Shown here piece after piece: positions 57,772 through 64,000 of a stretch of 64,000 nucleotides of DNA. Below the pieces are notes generated by a model that saw only the letters and a program-made list of their open reading frames with translations, was not told where the DNA came from and did no database searches. A program made the translations under genes and the position numbers. Source of the DNA: Candidatus Gottesmanbacteria bacterium. Its GTDB lineage: Bacteria; Patescibacteriota; Microgenomatia; UBA10105; UBA927. The stretch is taken from assembly GCA_963809665.1 (NCBI GenBank), contig CAWEKC010000005.1, forward strand, positions 11,878 to 75,877, read 5' to 3'. Position 1 is the stretch's first letter. Every line of letters starts with the position of its first letter.

Positions 57772-58824
57772 TTACTCTCCGCCGGTCGTCAAGACGTATT
57801 TGACCCCTTTGGTGGAACCTTCTTTCCGCAGAATCCCTTTTTTGATAAGGTCCTTAATTTCCCGAAGAACTGTATCCTCAGAAATCATGGGGAACAATTC
57901 AAAAAACGCTTTGTTCTGCAAAAATCCGTTTTCCTGAATGAACTCAACCACCTTAATCTGCCGTTCTGAAAGTGCCAGTTGCTGTCCTCCCAGCGATTTT
58001 TTAATCTTCAGATCCGTCGAAAGCGACTTTACTTTTTCTTTGATGCGTGTAAGTTCAATGGCAAGCCCCTCGGTAAAGTATTCTATCCAGTTGGTGAGAT
58101 TTCCTTCCTGCTTTGCCACGCTCTGCAAGGCGTCATAATATTGCAGGGGCTCGCGGTCATAATATTCCTCAAGTGAGAAAAAACGCTTGATATCATAGCC
58201 TTCTTTCACGAGTACCAGCGTTGCGGCGGCACGTGCGACCCGTCCGTTTCCGTCCAAAAACGGATGGACCCGCACCAGTTCATAATGGACAATGGCAGCT
58301 TTGAGGACCGCATGCATATCATCCGGGCTGACGCCGTTGAGCCAGCGGAGAAACGAGTCAATGAGAAACGGGATTTCAACGGCAGGCGGCGGGCGGAACG
58401 TAATTTCTCCTGTTGCCGAGTTTTTTACCACCACCTGGGTTCTCCGGTATTCCCCCACAACGTCGTCTGCGAGCATCCGGTGCACCGTAAGGGAATGGAC
58501 GTGTTTGAGCGTCTCCGGGGAAATTTCGTTATTGTCATACTGCTCGATAAACTGCAATACATTCCGGTAATTGAGTACTTCCTGTATATCCCGGTCGCGG
58601 CCTACAATTTTTGCACCCGCCAACACTTTTTCCGCTTCGGTAATATTGAGTTCATTTCCTTCTATATGCGTTCCGTGGTGGACAGTGCGTACCAGGGCGT
58701 CTTCGCGGAATTTAGCTTCCCAGGCAGGCACCAGCGGCGCATTTTCAATAATTTCCCTGGCCGACTCAACGACGCCGATATACTTAAGAATTTTATTGGT
58801 GATCGTAAATTTAGGAGTGTACAT
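57772..58824 (-). CDS. Fic-domain protein with C-terminal winged helix
   Basis: HPFLDGNGRVAR catalytic motif; N-terminal GTHIEGN (autoinhibitory-type helix). Confidence 0.93.
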   Translation of the reverse strand: MYTPKFTITNKILKYIGVVESAREIIENAPLVPAWEAKFREDALVRTVHHGTHIEGNELNITEAEKVLAGAKIVGRDRDIQEVLNYRNVLQFIEQYDNNEISPETLKHVHSLTVHRMLADDVVGEYRRTQVVVKNSATGEITFRPPPAVEIPFLIDSFLRWLNGVSPDDMHAVLKAAIVHYELVRVHPFLDGNGRVARAAATLVLVKEGYDIKRFFSLEEYYDREPLQYYDALQSVAKQEGNLTNWIEYFTEGLAIELTRIKEKVKSLSTDLKIKKSLGGQQLALSERQIKVVEFIQENGFLQNKAFFELFPMISEDTVLREIKDLIKKGILRKEGSTKGVKYVLTTGGE

Positions 58825-58846
58825 AGATTTCCTGTATAATAACCGC

Positions 58847-59116
58847 ATGGCCAAAGAAAATCAACACCGAAAGCGTTTGCACCTGCTAATTCTCAAACAA
58901 ATGTTGACCCTTACCGCCAGCGGCTTCGGGTTAGTAGCGGCTCTGGCGTGGAATAATGTTATCCAGGAATTCGTTTCAACAAAAATAAAACCATTCCTGC
59001 CTTCCGGAAGCGGACTTCTCTCCCTGGCTATCTATGCAATCATCGTCACGGTGATAGCTGTCACTGTTACCTACCAATTGACGGCACTTATTGATAAGCT
59101 GGAAGAGAAGTCATGA
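58847..59116 (+). CDS. DUF5654-type small membrane protein
   Basis: GFGLVAALAWN motif; TATAAT-6-ATG. Confidence 0.8.
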   Translation: MAKENQHRKRLHLLILKQMLTLTASGFGLVAALAWNNVIQEFVSTKIKPFLPSGSGLLSLAIYAIIVTVIAVTVTYQLTALIDKLEEKS

Positions 59117-60453
59117 AACGCATCAAGTCACTCTGGTCCCACTACGTCCTCCGGTACCTGAGGACTATCTCCCGTATTGCCCTTTCTCAGTCACAGGCAA
59201 CCATTATCGGAGTAGCTGGATCAGTCGGGAAAACCAGCACCCGCGAGGCACTCTACGCAATCCTTAGGGATATTGCTCCCACGCATATGGTCTCGGGAAA
59301 CTCGGAAACCGGTGTCCCCTTGGGTCTCGTCGGGCTGTTCCCCCGCGACTATTCCCCCCTCGACTGGGTACGGATGATGATAGCGGCCCCACTGCGCGTC
59401 GGATTTTTGAAAAACAAACGCTATATTATCGTTGAAATGGGCATAGACGATCCGTACCCGCCTAAAAACATGGGGTACTTACTTACTATCGTTAAACCGG
59501 ACATCGGCATTATCACGGAAGAATCGGCCGCCCACACGATGCAGTTTGAAAAAATCTTCGGACCCGATATGGTAATTTCCGATACGGAACGTCTGGAACT
59601 TCTTATCGAGGCAATTACAAAAGAAGATGCCAAAATGCTCGCATCGTGCAAAATCAGCATTGTAAACGGAGACAATACATATCTCACGAAAGAAGCACCT
59701 GCCGCCCTCACATTCGGAACCAAAAAATCGTCTGCATTACAGATAACCGGCTATACGGTAGATATCAAAAAAACCGCGTTTTCATACGCTCTGGGCAAAA
59801 CCCCGATGGATCTTCAGTTTAAAGGATATGCGTTCCCGCAGGATCTAGCGTATGTGTTTGCGCCGGCCATACTTGCCGCCCATAAACTCAATATTCCTCT
59901 TAACGACATCCGTAAAAATCTTGAGATAAATTTCACCCCGCCGCGCGGCCGCGAAAGTTTGCTTGCCGGAGTCAATAATTCCGTTATCATCGACTCTTCC
60001 TACAACGCATCAAAACCATCCGTTCTCTCGTTCCTGACTCTGACGGCAACGTTAAAGCAGCAGAGCAGCCGCCATACAATTATTGTTTTAGCGGATATGC
60101 TGGAGCTTGGGAACGAATCGCAAATCGAGCACGAGGCGGTCGCCCGCGCAATCGGTACTATTCCGGACGCGCTCTATTTAATCGGCCCGTTAACCAAACG
60201 CTTCATTCTGCCGATCGTTGAAAAGAAACTCAAACAGGTCGAGTGGTTTCCGTCCGTCATCGAACTAAACCGGGCGCTCACTGGCCTCCCCAACCGATCC
60301 CTTATACTTTTTAAAGGGTCGCAGGGCGATCTCTGGCTTGAGGAAAGTATTAAATTACTTCTGAAAAACAAGGATGATGCCGCACTGCTATGCCGCCAGA
60401 ACGCTTTCTGGCAGAAGGTAAAAAAAGCCGCCGGCAAGTGGGTCGAGGTGTGA
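59113..60453 (+). CDS. murF: Mur ligase (MurF-like, lacking the N-terminal domain)
   Basis: GSVGKTS, VEMG, IDSSYNAS, DMLELG and KGS motifs. Confidence 0.8.
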   Translation: MKRIKSLWSHYVLRYLRTISRIALSQSQATIIGVAGSVGKTSTREALYAILRDIAPTHMVSGNSETGVPLGLVGLFPRDYSPLDWVRMMIAAPLRVGFLKNKRYIIVEMGIDDPYPPKNMGYLLTIVKPDIGIITEESAAHTMQFEKIFGPDMVISDTERLELLIEAITKEDAKMLASCKISIVNGDNTYLTKEAPAALTFGTKKSSALQITGYTVDIKKTAFSYALGKTPMDLQFKGYAFPQDLAYVFAPAILAAHKLNIPLNDIRKNLEINFTPPRGRESLLAGVNNSVIIDSSYNASKPSVLSFLTLTATLKQQSSRHTIIVLADMLELGNESQIEHEAVARAIGTIPDALYLIGPLTKRFILPIVEKKLKQVEWFPSVIELNRALTGLPNRSLILFKGSQGDLWLEESIKLLLKNKDDAALLCRQNAFWQKVKKAAGKWVEV

Positions 60454-60465
60454 TACACTAAACGT

Positions 60466-61431
60466 ATGGATGATAATGTTATCCAACCGCCCGCACAGGT
60501 GGAAACTATACCGATTCCCCCTACCCCGCCGCCGCGAAAGAATTATTCAGTCGTTTTGATCGTCATTCTCGTGATTTTAATAGGCATACTCGTCGGTATG
60601 GAGCTGGACGAAACCACGCTTATAGCCAATTTCCGCGCTCGGTTTCTGCGCCCCACCCCAACCCCGAATGTACATATTACTCCGTCCCCCTCCCCCGATC
60701 CGACGGCGGGGTGGAAAACGTATACAAACACCGCCGGGGACTATTCAATAAAATATCCTGCAACGGCGACGATTGAGGCTGCTCAAAAACCTTCAGTTTC
60801 GATATCCTTTATGGGACAGGAACAGGTTCAATCCGGAAGAACACAAACGGAGTTGTTTGACGGATATAAAGTGACTGTCTCCAGCGAACAAATTGCCCCC
60901 GGCCAAACCGCTCAATCTGCCGCCCTGTATCAAAATAAGAATGTTATTAACGGATGTCCGGCTCCCGAAGTTGCGAAAGTGTCCGGGGTTGAAACAGCCA
61001 AAATATCCGGGCTTACCGCGTATCATTACACCATAATGAACTGTCTTGGGGATTATGATATGTATTTAGTCCAAAATTCAAATACTATTTACTCAATCAA
61101 TCTTTTATATACCGCATCAACAGCCAGCCAAAAGGACGCGTATTATCAAACAGCCACCCAAATCCTCTCTACGTTTAAGTTTGTTGACCAAACACCCACT
61201 CCCACCTGCCGGCCGCGGCCGGCGTGTCTAGATGCAACCCCGCGATGCCTGATGCCCGAAACAGCTGATATGTGTCCGCCGAGCCCGAAACCCACTTCAA
61301 CCACCTTTACCTGTCCGCCCAACGGCTGGGTGGATTGTATGCCCGGTCCTGCTGTAAAACCGGAGTGTTCAGCGGAGGCTATGGCGTGGTATCAGGCTAA
61401 TTGTCCGGACTTCAAGGGCGGGGCGCTATAA
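60466..61431 (+). CDS. Membrane-anchored exported protein (PsbP-like core with Cys-rich C-terminal minidomains)
   Basis: TM, PT linker, WKTYTN..YSIKYP...QILSTFKF, then two 4-Cys modules. Confidence 0.65.
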   Translation: MDDNVIQPPAQVETIPIPPTPPPRKNYSVVLIVILVILIGILVGMELDETTLIANFRARFLRPTPTPNVHITPSPSPDPTAGWKTYTNTAGDYSIKYPATATIEAAQKPSVSISFMGQEQVQSGRTQTELFDGYKVTVSSEQIAPGQTAQSAALYQNKNVINGCPAPEVAKVSGVETAKISGLTAYHYTIMNCLGDYDMYLVQNSNTIYSINLLYTASTASQKDAYYQTATQILSTFKFVDQTPTPTCRPRPACLDATPRCLMPETADMCPPSPKPTSTTFTCPPNGWVDCMPGPAVKPECSAEAMAWYQANCPDFKGGAL

Positions 61432-62212
61432 GAAGTTCCTTCATAGTTATAGGAATCTGATTTGCTAAATCCGTGGCGTTAAAGAACGGACCGGTCTTAT
61501 TATAGAGCGCGTCTCCGGCTTTTTTATTGATAAAACTTCCTGCAATCGTCGACAAGAACGGATCATTCGTGCAGGCGAGCGCCGCAATAAGTCCCGCCAG
61601 TACGTCTCCGGTGCCGCCTTTGGTCATGCCGGGATTTCCACCCTCGATGACACGACAATTCCCTCTCTGGTCACAGGCAATATCCTTCTCCCCTTTCAGA
61701 AGCACAATACACTGATATTTTTTCGCCACTTCGGCCACATCAGCATCGCCGAACGCATGGATAAACTCTCCGTGATGCGGCGTGAGAATTGCCCCTTTGG
61801 GAATTTTAGTAACGTCCATCATTTGCAGGCTTCCCGCATCAATGACCCACTGTTTATGAGGATATGTGGTGAATAATGTGTTGGTAACCGTTTCCGTATC
61901 AGCATCTCGCGTCATCCCGGGTCCGATAAGAATGCAATCGTCTTCTTCGATATACGGCGCAAGTTCTCCGCGGGGAACCACGATACCGTTTCGGAATTCT
62001 TTCTTTTCTTCGTGAACGATTGCGTTGTTTTCCGGCACCGATGAATAATGGACCAGATCCACAATCCGCGAGGCCACGGTAAGTGACCAGAGGCTGGCGG
62101 CATGAAATAAATGGGATCCGCCGATAATAAGGAGCCTGCCGTTTTGTCCTTTGTGCGACCCCGGGACCGGCAAACGCAGTTTATTAACATCACCAATTGT
62201 TACTGGTTTCAT
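61412..62212 (-). CDS. nnrD: NAD(P)H-hydrate dehydratase
   Basis: SHKGQNG, IGPG, VIDA, LTPH.GE and GGTGDVLAG motifs. Confidence 0.9.
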   Translation of the reverse strand: MKPVTIGDVNKLRLPVPGSHKGQNGRLLIIGGSHLFHAASLWSLTVASRIVDLVHYSSVPENNAIVHEEKKEFRNGIVVPRGELAPYIEEDDCILIGPGMTRDADTETVTNTLFTTYPHKQWVIDAGSLQMMDVTKIPKGAILTPHHGEFIHAFGDADVAEVAKKYQCIVLLKGEKDIACDQRGNCRVIEGGNPGMTKGGTGDVLAGLIAALACTNDPFLSTIAGSFINKKAGDALYNKTGPFFNATDLANQIPITMKELLIAPRP

Positions 62213-62229
62213 ACGTGTATTGTACACAA

Positions 62230-63273
62230 TTACGCGCCCAAACGGATAATTTCAGCCGGAATCTTACGTTTTTTAAACAGGACCGGCACGTCTTCCTCCG
62301 CAGAACTTACAATGGTCTGCTGCTTACCGAGGAGATCCAATACCAACTCCCTGTGTTCGCGGTCAAATTCGGAAAAAATATCATCCAAAATAAGCAGCGG
62401 CCGCTCTCCGACTGCTTGCTCTATAAATGCCACTTCCGCCAGTTTCAGCCAGAGTATGGCCAGCCGTTGTTCTCCGCGGCTCCCGTACTTACGTACATCA
62501 AGCCCGTTTTTTGCAACGAGAAAATCATCGCGGTGAGGCCCGACGAGTGTAGACTTGGCTGCCACCTCCTCCCCGGCATACTGAGCGAGGCGTGACTGGG
62601 AAATCACGCTTTTGTCATATTCCACGCGGTACGCAACACCGGGCATGGCATATCTGTTTATAAAATCAATAAATGCCGCCCGTGAATCCGTGATTGACCC
62701 TCCTGCGCGGATAAGTAACTGATCCCAGAATTGAAGCTGGTGATGATGAGCTTTTCCCTCGCTCATCAAATCCAGAAGCCGGTTCCTCTGCCGAAGTCCC
62801 CGCTCATATGACAGGAGGTTCCGCCGGTATTCCCGGTCAACCTGGACCAGTACGCCGTCTAAATATTTACGCCGGAGGGACGGGCTGCCGGTAATCAGTT
62901 CCAGGTGTTCCGGCCAAAACAGAACGGCCCGAAGGTGCCCGACGAAATCCAGCTGGCGGCGCGCAATCCCGTTAACCATGAACTTTTTAGACTGAGTTTT
63001 CCGGTCCCCCACCGCGCCCGTCGTCACTATCACTTCAAGTTTTGTCTCACCGTCTGTTGCCCTCGCTCTGCCGATCTCGGCACCCCACCGTACCATCTGG
63101 GCATCGGCATCGGCCCGGAAACTTTTTCCGGTAGCAATGACCATAATTGCCTCGAGAATATTCGTTTTCCCTGCGGTATTGGGGCCCACGAGAAGCGTGG
63201 TTGTCGGGGCAAATGTAATTGCCTGTTTCGTATAGCTGCGAAAGTTAACAAGTGTAAGATCCGAAAGAATCAT
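62230..63273 (-). CDS. recF: DNA replication/repair protein RecF
   Basis: NFRSY, GPN.AGKTN, GPHRDD, SRGEQR and LDD.FSE.D motifs. Confidence 0.95.
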   Translation of the reverse strand: MILSDLTLVNFRSYTKQAITFAPTTTLLVGPNTAGKTNILEAIMVIATGKSFRADADAQMVRWGAEIGRARATDGETKLEVIVTTGAVGDRKTQSKKFMVNGIARRQLDFVGHLRAVLFWPEHLELITGSPSLRRKYLDGVLVQVDREYRRNLLSYERGLRQRNRLLDLMSEGKAHHHQLQFWDQLLIRAGGSITDSRAAFIDFINRYAMPGVAYRVEYDKSVISQSRLAQYAGEEVAAKSTLVGPHRDDFLVAKNGLDVRKYGSRGEQRLAILWLKLAEVAFIEQAVGERPLLILDDIFSEFDREHRELVLDLLGKQQTIVSSAEEDVPVLFKKRKIPAEIIRLGA

Positions 63274-63971
63274 GCGATCGTGGTTCCGTGGAATTCCTTA
63301 TTATCCAGTGCTTTTGCAAGGTTCACGAGGTCTTTTCCGTTGAGGATTTTCACCGACACTCCCAACTCCTGTGCCAACCGCGAGGCTATCGGGTCAAAGG
63401 GTGCGTTCATCCGCGGCGTCCAGGTGTTGCCGACCATCGCTCTGTATGTTTTCCAGGTTATTGTATCAATGGGTTTAGCGTCCGGAAATGACCTGGGATC
63501 TTTGGTATATACTTTATCAATATTTGTTAAATTAATAACCGACCGGATTCCGTAATCTTCGCATAATGTCACGGCATCATAATCCGTGCTCCAGCCGGGT
63601 TTCCAGCCTGCGGCGATGGCCACGGGTTTGTCAATTTTCAAAATAATTTCATAATGTTTAATGACACGGGGATCGGCAATATCCTGAAAAATGGTACGCA
63701 CGAGCTGGGCATTAAGCCGCGTGGCGTGAATACCGAGCCAGTCTTTATCCGCATCGGTCAGTTCCTGGCCGCGGACGTCTTTGGCGCCCTCGATATATTT
63801 TGCGGCAATCGACCCGCCGCCGATCACAATAAAAAATCTCCGCTTTTTTGCGGAGACCTGGTGACGGATGAATGCGTTAAATTCGCTCAGGAATTTGGTG
63901 TCAACAATGCCGCCGGGGACGATAAGTGATCCCCCGACGGATAGAACGAACGTGTTGTTCTGGTCAACCAT
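63270..63971 (-). CDS. pyrH: UMP kinase (archaeal-type)
   Basis: SVGGS, DWLGI.ATRLNA, PGWSTD, DP..DAK and FDP.A motifs. Confidence 0.92.
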   Translation of the reverse strand: MVDQNNTFVLSVGGSLIVPGGIVDTKFLSEFNAFIRHQVSAKKRRFFIVIGGGSIAAKYIEGAKDVRGQELTDADKDWLGIHATRLNAQLVRTIFQDIADPRVIKHYEIILKIDKPVAIAAGWKPGWSTDYDAVTLCEDYGIRSVINLTNIDKVYTKDPRSFPDAKPIDTITWKTYRAMVGNTWTPRMNAPFDPIASRLAQELGVSVKILNGKDLVNLAKALDNKEFHGTTIA

Positions 63972-64000
63972 GATTTCTAGCTTGAAAAACGCGCACCCTG

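Overview
Bacterial chromosome segment. Gene content and rRNA features point to Patescibacteria/CPR, probably Microgenomates-like; this is inference, not a search result. Layout: (1) ~1-22.3 kb, a cell-surface glycosylation region with about eight GT-C-fold membrane proteins and a formyltransferase/FdtA/GT2/DegT sugar module, plus two tRNA-Ala genes, a LysM-M23 peptidase and rho; (2) ~23-29 kb, a dockerin-bearing putative glycoside hydrolase and two membrane-anchored cohesin-like proteins around PIN-TRAM/radA; (3) ~32.5-37.5 kb, a tRNA-Ala/23S/5S unit with no 16S gene, whose 23S carries three group I introns (L1917 with a LAGLIDADG homing endonuclease, L1931, L2604); (4) trxA-trxB-flavoreductase-gdh, a CsoR/CopA copper cluster, and housekeeping/repair genes (pth, EndoQ-like, ATP-dependent ligase, Fic, murF-like, recF, pyrH). 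Most unusual signals: short GC-rich palindromes (CCTGCCTGCCGGCAGGCAGG and two other families) placed in frame inside several unrelated proteins including Rho, a possible cohesin-dockerin surface display system, a recurring -10 box 6 nt before start codons (leaderless mRNAs), and two candidate sRNAs. Five apparent single-base frameshifts, one in rpsA, most likely reflect sequencing indels. All family assignments come from motif recognition by eye.
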